DNA from: Phoronis australis
Lineage: Eukaryota; Animalia; Phoronida
DNA: 64,000 bases
Direction: 5' to 3'
Assembly: GCA_002633005.1 (NCBI GenBank)
Contig: NMRA01000128.1
Span: 423,165 to 487,164 of the forward strand
Below are positions 38,900-52,137 of this stretch, piece by piece (position 1 is the stretch's first letter; every line of letters starts with the position of its first letter). Both the position numbers and the translations under genes were made by a program. The notes beneath the pieces are model-generated. The model was not told where the DNA came from, searched no databases, and worked only from the letters and a program-made list of their open reading frames with translations.

Positions 38900-40320
38900 T
38901 TAATTTGCCAATTTTCAAAAGCCATGGAAATGTCATCTATTGTTCGTAATTGAGTTAAGTATTTTTGTCTGAGATCTGAATACAGTGAACACTCTAGCAG
39001 TAAAAGTGTAATTCAGTGTCTACCTTATCTGTTACACATTTACATCCTGTCCTCTCTATTTATAATCATATGTCTATCTTTTACCACAAGAGAACTTGCG
39101 GAACATTTTACACGACAGTTCTATATAAAAATATGTAATTTTCTACATACAATTCCGACTTAACTAATTTGTACACATCTAGATTTTGACTGAAAGCGTT
39201 TTCTCTAATTGTGTTAATAACGATATCAACACATCGTAATTTGAATTGTTCAATAAATACCGATTCGTTGTCTATCGTCCCTGACTGGGCCAAACAATGC
39301 CAGGTCCATTTTGTTCCATCATATCAAATTGTACATGGATAACTCGAAGAGTCGAAAATATTGTTGTAAGACACTACTCAATCAAAGAATGTAGGTGCAT
39401 TTTATTTATAGAACTGAAGACCAATGCAAGCTACCAAACGCTTTACCTTCTTTCATTTGACTGGAAAACTGATATACGCCTTCTGCAGTAGTGACGTCAT
39501 TAGTTATGCATTAACGTTCACTGTTATCGTTATCACACACCATTCTGTTCAAGTTTACTAAACGTTCGACATATAGACACGAATCTAAGGATATATGAAT
39601 CATCGCTTTCAGCTTCTAAAATTTCATACCACTGGTTTGCACTGATATTTGACAAGCGGTTATATGCACATCTCTTGTATTTCAGCAAACTCCAAAATTC
39701 TGTACTATTTTAATGTCTTGATGTTACAAGCAACGCCTTGGTATTTTCTCTTCATATATAAATATATTTTTAATGTCAGAAGTTATTTATGCTTTCTATC
39801 ATTTTCTTTGTATAGCTCAGCATCTTAGTATGCGGTACTTCCTCGGAGAACTGCCCACTTCCTGTTTTCGTGAAGAGCATGCGTGGTTAAACCAGTCATT
39901 TTTTGATTCATTAAAATAAACTTTCAATTTAACGATTCCATTCCTACTTTTCCCACCATGCGTTCAATCAATGAATGAAAAATCTATACTCCTTCGTCTA
40001 GCTTATATTTTTGTAAAATGTTCAAATCGCCAAACTGATCATTTTGAAAAAGTATTCTCATTTTTAATCTCTTATTCTACTTGACACTTTTATTCATATC
40101 TGCTCAATTGATTTGAATTGCTTCATATTCAATCTCACACTCTAAGAACAAGTGGTCTGCATCAACTTGGGAACAGAAACTTTTCACTGAGCATCAACAG
40201 TTCTGGTTCACAATATTACAATCAACCACTTGCCTGTATACGTGTAAATTGACCAATATCTTTTTCTACACCCACTCTGCCATTCAAGGTTCTGAGATTA
40301 CATGTTCCAAAGATTGGTAA
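38900..40320 (-). mobile_element. LINE ORF2 remnant: endonuclease end, linker and C-terminus, RT core absent
   Basis: Degenerate NGRVG..GQFT..DH (APE-like), MKEGKAFG, NNIFDS..YP, and DTELHF..LECSLYSDLRQKY. Confidence 0.55.
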
Positions 40321-41010
40321 AATACAAATGAGATTGTGAATGGAGCCCAGGCTGGTGTCCGGAAGGACTACTCTACGGTTGACAATATTTTTGTATTTAA
40401 CACTCTCATTACTAAATATGTAGGTAGATTTTGCTGTGTGTTTGTAGATTTTAAAAGGCTTTTGATTGGGCCTGATGTGACTGACTTCGATACAAGTTAA
40501 TAAAGTATGGTATTAAAGGCAAAATGCTTTGAGTCCTTCAGAATATATGCGAAAGTGTGAAATCCACGGTACAAGTAGATTATGAAGGTTGTGTAACAGA
40601 TCTTTTTTGATGTAGGTGTGAGGCAGGGTCACCTTTTTGTTATCACTTTACTTGAATGACTTGGATCAAGAATTGAAAATGAGTAGTGGTTCTTCTGTTG
40701 GCCTGTTTATTGAATTTATAAATGTTTTTGTTTGCTGATGATGTAGTGATGTTTGTTAACTCTGCAATGTCAATGCAGAGACTAATTGGCCAGTAAAAAA
40801 AGGTACACCCAAATACACATATGAGTAAGAATAAAATAATGGTATTTAGAAATGGAGGATATCTGCGACGGTACGAAAACTGGTTTTAAAGGGTAACAAT
40901 TAGTTAACACCAAATTACCATTACTTAGGTATCATGTTTACAGTCAAAGGTATCTGAACATCGGCTCTAAGGAACCTGAAGGAAAAAGCTTGCAAAATCG
41001 TATTTATGCC
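40320..41010 (+). mobile_element. LINE reverse-transcriptase remnant
   Basis: QAGVRKDYSTVDNIFV, VFVDFK..FD, GVRQG, LFADDVV, YLGIMF, with frameshifts and stops. Confidence 0.8.
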
Positions 41011-43044
41011 GGCAGATGAGTCCCTTTTCTTTTGTGCCAGTTACATTTTGGTTGAAACTGTTCGAAACAGACTCGATGTATGTACAGATTGTTAAAAATG
41101 ACCTAGTGTTGAAAGCTTTGTTCAGTTATCGACCTTGGCCAGATTCAGATATGTTCAATCCAGTTTAATGTCAATAGTTGTAAGAGGAACGAGTACTGTG
41201 CAGAAATATAGCCATCGACACTTTTGTGAATATACTGAAAACAAACAATAACGGAGTTAAGAAACCTGTCTAAATATGGATTTCGATTAAATTTGGCAAA
41301 TAGTTTTTTAATAAGGAAATGATCGGCAACGCCATTCCATTTTCGGACGGATTTGACTGCTTTTACGTCACCTCGTGGCAATTTTTGTTATTTTTGCGTC
41401 GTTTTCTGGCGTCCGCCTCTATCTGCCGAACCACTCAGAAGATCATCATGAAAATTTACTGATGTCTTCCCCAGACTATGAAAAGGCCACGATTTTGTTT
41501 GCGTCCTTACCCCTTTGAAGGAGCCTTTGGAAGATGTGCTCATATGGAGCGACGACAAACACTACCGAGTGTCGGTGATGGTCATTTATAAGCGGCTGCT
41601 CAATCATGTAATTCTGTTGATTTTACTTTATTTCTGTTTCTGTTGACAAAGGACGTTATTACATCCGAAAATTTCAGTTGATCTATTCTTGTTGTTTTAA
41701 TTACCTATTTATATTCTACATTTCGTGAAACAATAGTATCCTTGGGAGGATCTGGATCGTCTTATTTAGTTTCAGATTTATTTTCTATGTTGTTTTATGT
41801 AATGTAAAAGTAAATTATGAATCTCTGTTTGGTAGTTTGCTTGACCCGGCAACTGTTTTAGCGCAGAACAAAACTATATCTCTTACCTAAACGCTGTGTT
41901 ACTCCAACGTTACATGTCTGACAATTCAATAAAAATTGGGTCAAGCTGATTGTTGACATGGCTGGATTAAAACTTTTTGAATGACGTCTAGGTCACTCAT
42001 CGTCTCGTTTTTGTTACTCTTTTGATAACAAGGTCCAAAGCAATCGACGCACTGGCAAATTATGGTTGTCTTAAGGGGGAGGGGGGGGGGNGTACATTGT
42101 CTTGACTGAGTCCCACTGTAAAGAGAGGATCACGACTGCAAGACTATCTATGCCAACAACCTTTCATTCCTTCCAATGACACCCAGGGAACACAGCTACA
42201 CACCACAGATTCTCGAAAGAGGTCGCTGTCGTGGTACACCTCATGTGCGCATGCATCATCACACAGTGACACCATAGTCTATAATCTATGGTGACACGTA
42301 ACAAATGCGAAGTCTTGCAGACCCTACTTGCACTATCGTTTTCTTATTACGCTCCGCGAGTGCATATTTACCAGAATGGGAGATGTGTCCTAAGGAGTAG
42401 GAATCCAACTACAATTTTCGAAGAAAAGTGTCCTCGTAAGACCCCTCGCTGGTTCCCTGTGTGTTGCCGGACTAGGCACGTAGGCAACCGGCGAGAGTAA
42501 GACCCAAGAAATTTAAGGTGTAACCGTTTATTTGGTCTGTTGATGGAAGGCCCTATAGACTTCTTAAAATCCTCCTATGTACCACAGGCTGAAAAATACG
42601 CACTGAGGAACCAGCTCAGTTGGGGTTGTACTTCATGGAAATCAAGATGCTTTATAAGTGAACCTAGTTCTTAGGATAATATAGGATGAAATTATGTTGG
42701 TTCAGTGGCGGATCTAGGATACCATAAGGGGGGCCCAGCATGTTGCCTCGGAGAATTGGGCAAAGGGCGATCTGGTATGCGCAGGCAGGGGCTGCCGATG
42801 TGGACTCGTTGTTCCCAAAGTACTAAAAAATTCGCGTATGCGGTTATTTGTACAATGAATATAAGTCCATGTTTGTACAAACAAGGTTGAGAATAGGTAA
42901 AATAGGATGTTTACATTGTACGTAAGGTTTTTGGTACTTTTGAGTCAAATTTCTCTGAATTTATTGTAGACGTTTGCCAGTTTCTTCAATACAGCGATGA
43001 ACGATGGCTAGAATGTAGGACTCAAGTCTATCGTCTTCTGAAGA

Positions 43045-46000
43045 ATGGATGCAAAAGATAAACGTCGACTTCGGTTAAACTATGATTTCCTTCTAGAAAA
43101 TCTTAGCGACGTGCATAGCATTGCAGTACGCGTAATTTCCAAAACGGGCACTCGTTCTCTCGACAAAATTACAGGCACCAACAACGAGGAGTGTAAAGCA
43201 TTTCTGGAATGCTTGCAGAAGATAGAAGGCGGTTATGCAGCATTCTGTGCGAGCTTAGATGAACTAGAGCTCAGTTGGATAGTGGAGAGATTGGAAGAGA
43301 CGGACATTAGCCGAGACGACGACCAAACTGTACCAGCGGGACCTTTGAGGAGAAGTTCATCATACCTTGAATCAAAACGTAAGTAGCAGTGGTGGATTTA
43401 TAGGGGGGCCAAGGGGGCCACACACCCCTAAAACCCTCCCAGAGATAGCCATTTTAAAACCAATATTTTAGAAAGTAAAAGTAAGTTTTAGATTATTTCA
43501 AATGAAGCAAATTACAGACGCAAATTATTACTGTCACTGATCAGCCCGGTATTGGCTGCCAGCGAAGCTAACTTCACGAGTAATCCGAAAGCCTTGTGTG
43601 TCCTAACAACCCAGCAGAATTCACGTACTGATGGTATAGACCCAATTCACGCCGACAGGAGGAGCGTTCCACAACGAGGCTCGCTACGACTGGAAATAGC
43701 GCAGAATGGTGAATGTTGACCAAATCAAAGACGCTACGGTCTCTGACCAAATCCCCTTTTGTCCGCTGACGTCACACGCATACTGGCGCCCCCAGTGGAG
43801 GCCCTGAGAACTCGTAAATAAGCACGCTGGCGACTGTGATTAAAGTATTTTTTATGATTTTTCCAGAGTCGCTATGTTTTAGTGTGTTTTTTAAATAATG
43901 TTGCATGTCATACCTCTCAGAAAATTAATATTGTTCCAATAAATTAAGAAAATTGGAATATTCATTCTCGCGATCTTGCAACACCATCCAAATGTTCTTC
44001 TGTGTTACACACGGCAAAGCCAAAATTTATCCCCACGCGAAATAGCCTTGTTCACGCTCGACTAAAAAGGAATCTTTCAATCATAATTAATTGGTACTTT
44101 ATCCCATTCATTATTATATACCATGCATTATGTTTTTAGAAAAAAAAACGATACTCAACGTCCCACAATAAATACAAGTCTGTTCGCCAGCTACCCTCTG
44201 ACACAGCGTCACCTATACTGTGATAGAGTGTATTCGCCAGCTTGGCTCGGCCGCTGCTAGGCTTGATACTACCGGGTTCATGAACTCGGTTTATTTACGA
44301 GTTCTCAGGGCCTCCACTGGGGGCGACAGTATGCTTGTGACGTTAGTGGACAAAAGGGGATTTGGCCAACATTCACCATTCTGCCTGGATTAGCTCTGTT
44401 GGCTTATCGGGACTCTATTCACGAGGCGGACATTAAAATCCAAAGCGAGGCTCACTGCGATAAACAAAGCGGAAATTCACACTGCGTGAGTTAAATGGCC
44501 GGTCTTTGGAGTCCAACCTGAATATTAAAGGAGAATGCCACCCGATTTAATTAGTCTTTTTTGTCGTCTTAATCGGTCTATATCCACATCGCCTCGCATA
44601 CGGTCGACCTTACCTTGCCAAGAGGTGTCGCGTTAACCTGTGAGGAAGGTGAGAAACTACGCTAGCGACGTCAGTGGTTCATATGCAGAATGAATGCCGC
44701 TATGTTGCGGTGCATCGTTCCCGCTTGTCCGAACTAAGCAGCTGCGAGGAAAGCGGGTATATCGTTTTTTTTTACTTCCTCGAGAGTCCGAAATGCTTAG
44801 GAAGTAGCTCATCGTAGTCACGGTGAAGAATGAAATGTAGGCTGTAAATAGCAAGTATGAGGCCGTGAAACATCTCCGTGTCTGTGGTCTGCAGACGTCG
44901 ACAGTGCCTGACGAATGCCGACTTACAAAATAACTCCATACGTTACGTTGTCTGAGCTTGTTCACGGTACCTCTCTAGTATTTCTTCATCACTGTATTCC
45001 TGTTCGAATTGATAGCATGTAAAACTTAACGATCCACCTGCGAAGTCGGGAGTGATGAGCTCTAGCTAGTCCTAAGTCGGGATTGCGAGTTGCCATGTTG
45101 GCGTTTATTACTGAGCGTTCTGTTTCAAAATGAATTATTCTCATCCTAACCAATACTTATATAAAACTGAAACAAAGTCTGCCTCATTAGATGCAATTTG
45201 TAATACCTTTGGAGTGTTCGTGAGTGCAAATGATTTGAGAAGCCAGCAATGAATAAATCACTGCGTTACCGGCTTTACTTTTTGACGGGACACCGAGGCC
45301 GTTTGAGCTCATGCTAATTTATTGTTTGCTGGCAGAAACTGTTGTGAAACAACTCGATTTCCATCCCACGGCCAGGTGTTAGGGGAATCTTTATTTACAT
45401 TTACATTACTCAAATAATGATTGTCAATGTACAACTTCTGCCCTGACGGTGCTGTGGCCAAAGCGGAACCTGAATTCGCGGCACCCGACGAGTAAGTAGA
45501 TTTGCAGTTTCGTGCCAAATTCACCAACATAATCACGTGCACATTACTTTGGCTCACTAGTATAGTATTTTCTTGACTGGAAGTTTAGTTTCCACTGAAC
45601 TTTGGCTGGTTTATGTTCGTGATGTCTGATCAGTTGGCACTGGCCGGCCGCGACGGGCCTGATCGGGCTCCGAGCCACTGGCCAGGATAACAAGCGTTTT
45701 GTGTTTAGAACTCAAAAAATCACAAGTCTAAACAACACAGATCAAAGTTCTCGTGTCTGTATTTCACGAAAAATACTTCGAACAGACCCCAAACTCCTGC
45801 TACGGACCTTATTGGCCTGCCGAACTTTGTAGGCTAAGGTTTGTCCAAAAACCAATAAATCCGTAAGAGCGAAATAAAACAACACGTTTTCATCAGAACT
45901 CGGTGTATTTTTAAGGGTTTTACATCGAAGTTTGATGATTTATTGGTGTTAAACGATGACTTCAAGCGATAAGCTGACACCAGTAACCCGTGTTGAGAAC

Positions 46001-49000
46001 TGCTGAACAGACTGCGTGTGACACCGATGACATCACTGGATAATTTCAACACCTCCGTCTGCCGTCAGGTGTCAGGTAACGCAACCGTACGTGTAGTTAT
46101 GGAGTAGAACTACTTGATCTAAATCGATACAAATTAGGTTGTTTTTTGGGTGGCATGCTCCTTTAAGACATGCGCACAATTTCGCATGCACATGAAATTT
46201 GACTACCGTTTCTAGTTGTGCTGGCCAGCTGGAGACGGTGGTCACTGTCTACATGGAATCCAAATCAAGTGTTTTACTGCCCGGGTGTTGTTTTCGGTAT
46301 AGGTGCATCTGATAACCGAAATATCGTTTGTTTTTGCATGTAAAAGTTTAAAAATCACATCTAAGTTTGAAAGTTTAGATATTTTTGGAGCGGTGAATCT
46401 TCGGAGTAGTGAATCGTCGAAGAAGTGAACTTTCGGAATAGTGAACCTTCCGAGTAATAAACCTTCGAAATAGTGGGATGTTCCCATTTCCAGCGATGTA
46501 AGCAACTTAAGTAACACGCTAAAATACAACCAGATAAACAATTTTATTAAGTCAGTCGCCGACTAAACTTCATATTTCCGTCTGAGTATGCAATGAGGTG
46601 TAATCACTCATTTAAACATGGCTGATTTGAAACTTTGGCAGGAAATAATGCGAGAATGTTCTCTTTCTGGAGCACATTACATCCTAATTTGTGTTCCGTT
46701 CTTTGCGAGCAACCGTCACAGCATCCTCGTCTCTGGTATTACAAATTCCTTCTCATCTCATGAACATAGAGCTGAGAGTCATGGTTGTGCTGCGTCAAAG
46801 GCCTTACCGAAAACTCTACAGTGTCGACGCTTGCAAAATACCAAAGGTTCACCGTTCTTGAAATTCGAACCACCCACTCAGTGCTGGCTACCGGCCTGAA
46901 TAGGATATATAAATTTGAGTAGAGAGATGGGGGAGTCTAACAAAAAGTCACCCCTGCATCGGCCAAACCTCTGCATGCTACTGCCTGACCGCTAAAATGT
47001 CTGTAAAATACCCTTTGTTGCATGCAGAATGTTGCTCGACATTATGCAAATGGTTTCAAACGGTTACCTGGCAGGTAAATTTGGCAGAACTCAGATATTT
47101 GATTGTGTGTCGCGGGGCTAATCCAGAGCAAGACTTGTTTCGCTGTGTTTATTCATGATACAAGGGCTTACGTAGAATATTTTGCATCTGGTTTCATGCG
47201 GTCCCTTGGGTTGATTTACGTCAAATTTTAGCCCTTTCTTTAGTCGTCTCGCAGGGTCACCCCACCCCTGAAATTGTCTGGCATCTTACTGTTGTACGAT
47301 GTGCAGTGACACTGATCAGCATCGTGCAACTGGCTTCAAACGGTTACCTAGTGGGTTCATCTAGCTCGACTCAGGCATTTGGGCGTGTCTGACGGGACCA
47401 CCACTAGATTTGTCTGGCAGTGTTTATTCGTGATACCTGGGCTTACAGTGAATATTTTGGAAGATGGTTTTAAGCGGTTACCTCTTGGGTTGATCTAGGT
47501 CAATTTTAACCCTTTTTGATAATCGTCTGGCAGGGGCACCCCATCACTGAAATTGTCTGGCATCTAACTATTGTGCCATGTACAGTGATGCTGAACGTCG
47601 TGTAATTGGTTTCAAACTGTTACCTGGTGGGTTGATCTAGCTCAACTCGGCTATTTTGGCGTGTCTGGCTGGGCTAACCCACCACTAGATTTGTGTGACA
47701 GTTTTCCTTCGTGATACCTGGGCTCACGGTGAATATTTTGCAACTGGTTTCATGCATTTACCTCTTGGATTGATCTAGCTAATTTTTTTACCTTGTTTAT
47801 AACCGTGTGGCTGATACTCCCCACCACTGAAAGTGTCTGGCAGTGACCAATTTTGATACAGTGGATTACGTAGTAGGTATCCAAAGCAGTTTGAAGTGGT
47901 TACCAGAAAAGTTGATCTAGCTCAATTTTTTAGTGTCATTCTCTTGGCTCCCCTGACCACACCCACCAGAGCGAACCTGCCAGACGGCCATTTCCAAACT
48001 TCAGGATACCCACAGAGCACTGTGGCACCAAAGAAAATTGGTTACCTTTTCATGCCCAAAAAAGCTCTGGGATGCCGGTCTACAGCTTTTCTTGAGTTGG
48101 GACTCGTCTCTGTTTGATTGAATGAACGTGGATTTGGAATTCGCCGCCGAAGATTGATCCGTTTAAAAAGCTTTTGCACGTACTTCCGATTGGAAGTACG
48201 TACAGTTGGGACACCCGATTTGTCAATTATAACCTTGTCACCTTCTCGGAATTCCGATATTGTTTTGTGTTTTGCAGACGATAAAATGTAAGGCGTATGA
48301 GAGTCTACTTTGCACTACTTTGTCATTCGCCCATGTAATATAAAAATACGTACTCGGTGTTATTAAACAGTCGTGTTGTAACACATTCCAGGTCATGTGA
48401 GAAACATAAATACTCATTAAATTGGGAAAGTGTTCAGTAGTTATAAAATTGGGAAAAGTCAGAGAGTATAGACATACCTTTAAATATATCCTTTTTTCTC
48501 CAGTGAAGTACTTCCCTAGAAGAAACGAAAATTTTACTGGCCGAGAGAGGGAGCTTGAATGTCTACATGATGAATTTCACAAGTCATCTACGAAATCTGC
48601 GAAATGTCGCTCTCAGGCAACCAGTCGACAAGAGATACGGATTCATGGATTAGGGGGTGTCGGTAAATCCCAAATCGCTATTGAGTATATTCATCGCCAC
48701 CAAAACGAATATCGTCTTATTAGATGGATTCGCTCAGGACCACATTCCATTAGAAACTCCATCATTAACTTTGCAAAAGATCTTGACGTTAATGTTGAGG
48801 AAGTAGTTGACGACAAGGATATTGCTCTTAGAATATCAGATGTTTTACTCACTTATGATTCTTGGCTTCTGGTGTTCGATTACGTAGTGTCGAATGATGA
48901 TATTAAACCATTCATGCCCGACTTGGACCGTCTTAAAGAAGGTCAAAATATCATCATTACTTCGGTTACTCCCACAGGTACACCTAACTGCCTCGAAGTG

Positions 49001-50686
49001 AATGCATTTACGGAGGAAGAAGCCTATGAATATGTGTCCAGTCGTCTTCCCCATATTGCATATTCTGACTACAAAAATGTCGAAGCAGTTAAAAACCTCA
49101 CGAAACAGCTTGGCAACTTGCCCCTTGCCTTGTCACAAGCTATTGCATTCATTAAGTTTGGCTCATGCAACATTGACAAGTATATAAAAATCCTGAGCAC
49201 CAGTCACGAGTTGCTAGACGAGAATGTCCACTTTCAAAATCATGCCAAAAAGTCTGTGTATTTCACCCTTATGACTTCCATTCGGAAAATCCTCGATGAT
49301 CAAAGTTCTTCCATTGGTGAACAAGCAGACACGTTACTGAAATGCGTATCTTTGTTGGATTCAGAAGATATTCCTTTAAGTTTGTTTGAAGAGGATGCAT
49401 TTTTTTCAGGGGACATTTTAAATAAATCTGTTGCAAAGTTGCGGGGATATTCGTTGATCAGTAGCCAACGACCGGGCACGGTGCGTATTCACAAACTTGT
49501 CCAAAGAGTTGTTCAAGAGTACTTATACAAGTTTGGACAACCAAGTGAAGTTGAACAGATTGGTCTCCGCCTAAAATCACTCAAACGTCTACCAACGATG
49601 TTTAAGAGGAAGTTGCCACGAGACTGCTCGTGTATTGGTTGGAGAAATGTCAACAGAGATGTCCTCGATACGTTGCAATCCCTACTTCCGCATGCCAAGT
49701 CTCTACTTTGGCATATTGACCAGGAACTCGAGGGTCTAACAGAATTGACGCTGCCATCTGAAGACCAATGTACAGATGTGCGTAAGCAACAGGATGACCT
49801 AATTCAATGTAGGGACACGATGCTCTTTTTCATTGGATTTTCATATTACTTTCTCCGTGACGCGCCTGAGGCTGCCAGTGCATTTAAAGACCTTGTTCAA
49901 GTGCGCTCAGAAACAGGAAAAGGTGACGATGTGAAAGAGGTCGAGGCGTTGGAGATGTTGGGAATCTGCAACCGACTGTCTCGAAATCACGAAGATTCGG
50001 TTGGAAATTTAACAAAAGCTTTGGACATTCTTAACAACTTACAGACCAGTAATCACGACCAACTGAGAATTGCCATTATGACAGCTCTTGGCAAAACGCG
50101 TTACATAAAGGGTGAGTACCAAGAATCCTGCCAACTTTTAGAAGAGGCACTGAATCTGCAATCCAGTTATAGTAAAACATGCCCCGAGAAGAAAAGAGAT
50201 GTGTTCTGCTGCCTGTTGTCCTATATTCTCCCTAAGCTTGGTAGCGCTTACCTGGGCGCGGGGAAGTTACCAGAGGCGAGGGTAAAGTTTGAGGAATGCT
50301 TAGAGGTGAGACAGAAGCTGTATTACGAAGGACATATTCTTCTTGCAGCATCGAGGTTCTGTTTGGGAAAGGTGCAACTTCTTTCTAATGACTTTGAGGA
50401 TGCCCGAGAGTCATTCCAGTTTTGTCTCGAATGTGCTGAATCTAACTACGGCAAACAGCACTCCTTTGTTGGCAAAGTAAATGCAATTATTGGCAAGTGT
50501 TGTATACTGCAAGAAAAATACCCTGATGCGTGCAAATCTTTGACCACAGCATTAAAAATCTTAGCATGGAGTTATGGCGAGATGTCTGAAATCCATGATG
50601 TGGTTCAGAAATGGCTAAAGCATGCAATGCAGCCTGACAAATGTTCTTTCGAGGACACCGAACGATTATATTTGTTTGATTTTTAA
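43045..50686 (+). CDS. CARD/death-fold-like + NB-ARC (STAND NTPase) + TPR protein, copy A (838 aa as spliced)
   Basis: Exon 43045-43378 (phase-1 donor AAAC|GTAAGT) joins in frame to 48504-50686 (CTCCAG|TG). N-terminal ~90-aa helical domain with CARD-like pattern; FTGRERE, Walker A GLGGVGKS, Walker B WLLVFDY, IIITS, LGNLPLAL, IHKLVQ; about 5-6 C-terminal TPRs, some with 42-aa spacing. Death-fold identity is pattern-based only. Confidence 0.85.
43700..44385. mobile_element. MITE with long inverted arms in the copy A intron
   Basis: CCAAATCCCCTTTTGTCC..CCCCCAGTGGAGGCCCTGAGAACTCGTAAATAA (~43747-43821) is the reverse complement of ~44290-44365; CAGAATGGTGAATGTTG also mirrored. Confidence 0.8.
44529..46162. 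mobile_element. TTAA-flanked Kolobok-like element in the copy A intron
   Basis: TTAA|AGGAGAATGCCACCC ... GGGTGGCATGCTCCT|TTAA: 15-bp TIR with one mismatch. Confidence 0.7.
46390..46475 (+). repeat. ~16-bp minisatellite, about 5 copies
   Basis: Unit close to GTGAACCTTCGGAATA. Confidence 0.7.
47050..47930 (+). repeat. Tandem repeat, ~280-bp unit, 3 copies plus a partial
   Basis: TGG(T/C)TTCAAAC.GTTACCT at ~47051, 47331, 47607; CTGAAATTGTCTGGCA and GAATATTTTG recur at the same period. Confidence 0.85.
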
Positions 50687-52137
50687 CCTACCATCCTCTT
50701 TATCTGTCGAACCTTCCCCTCTCCAGTCTCCGTCTCTCAACATGTTATAATCTTCCCGAGGATTACTGATTGATTTTCACAGCATCTGGTGATTTTCGGA
50801 CGAACCGAACTAAACATTCGCTGTGTGTGGTAATTTGTTTTTTGCATCAGTCATCTGCCTTTCACAAAACCGCGCGTACGATATTGAAAATGTCATCATG
50901 TGGATTTGTTTCGTTGATGGCTTGCAGAAACAATTGGAAGAATTCGACTACTTCTGGGACTGCAGCAGTTTTATTTTGTTTACGCGGCTCTTTATCTTCC
51001 AAATGACATAACATGTCTTAATGAAACCCTGCAAATTTGTTTATCATCTTAAGAAAATGACACCTGCAAATTTCAGGACTATTCTGAAACTGTATTGCGT
51101 TTCCTAGGGACTACTGGCATTTTATTTGTTTTGCGCCCATCTCTTTATGTGCCAAACGGTTCAGTTAAGTTCAACAAATTTTTATAACGCAGAGGACGGC
51201 AAGCGGAACCTCCAGTTTCGAACGGCTAGTGCTGTGCTCAGAGACATTTTAAATTTTTCAATTCTTTATCGGAAATAATGAAAACCATTCAAGAATTTGA
51301 AATTGAACTTTTATCTTGACTTTTTTTGATTTGAATTAAATACGGTAACAATATTTTGCATGAGAAGTACCCATACACCGTTTGCAGTGCTTGAGCGTTG
51401 GTTTATTTAAGCGTTTAGCGTTGATCTTGTTAAAAATAGATTTAATCTATTGCGTCAAGTGTAACACCTGTAACTGTATAGTAAGACGCCGGTCGCGAGA
51501 AGTATTGAGTAGATTGCGTGATAAAAAAATTTGAGTCGACCAAAGTTGTGTTCTGCTGTCTGATGGCAGGAATTATTAATTTCATGTTTGTTTTGTGGCT
51601 TCGTGACATGAGACAAGAACCGTTTTAAATATTACTGTATGTTAAAATGCGACCTCTGGTGGCGCTGCTTTGTGTGCAATGTTTTTTTTTAAATATTAGT
51701 GTCTTTTGTTATTGTTCGTTACGCCTTGGCTACTACGACGCCCATGCGTTATCGTGTCGGCGATGGCAGTGATCTAGAATACAATTTCCTTTGTAACTCT
51801 TTCTTTATTATCTTGCACTTAACCAATTAAACCCGTGCGCTATACCAAGCAAGGTGGGGCGACTGTTTTATTAAGTGATACCATGTCAAATTTTACGAAT
51901 ACCGGAAATGCCGCCGTTTCCTAAAAAACGATAAAAGTCACACCAAATCACCAGTATTCACCCCAAAGCCACTATTTGCATGCGATTACTGCGAACTGAG
52001 AGACAGTGCATTCCGACTAACAAAACTATCCAGATTGCAGGAATCAAGTGAAATATGGGTGTCGACCAGCCAGATCTTTTACAAATCCAAAGTGTCTGAA
52101 GTAATTTTCTGCGAAATTTCATCTTCCCGCTTGCAAA

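Noticed and set aside
46390-47930. CRISPR-like array
   Set aside because: Eukaryotic context; repeats are tandem without unique spacers and no cas genes are present.
48487-48496. ATATCCTTT U12-donor-like motif before the copy A acceptor
   Set aside because: Part of the polypyrimidine tract; not conserved in copy B.
48422-48503. N-terminal extension of the 754-aa ORF (MGKCSVV...)
   Set aside because: Non-ATG start within the intron; a polypyrimidine tract and CAG at 48503 mark the real exon start.
50770-51006. 78-aa ORF shared by both duplicates (also 62679-62915)
   Set aside because: TTG start, no recognisable motif; sharing is explained by the near-identical duplicated 3' flank.
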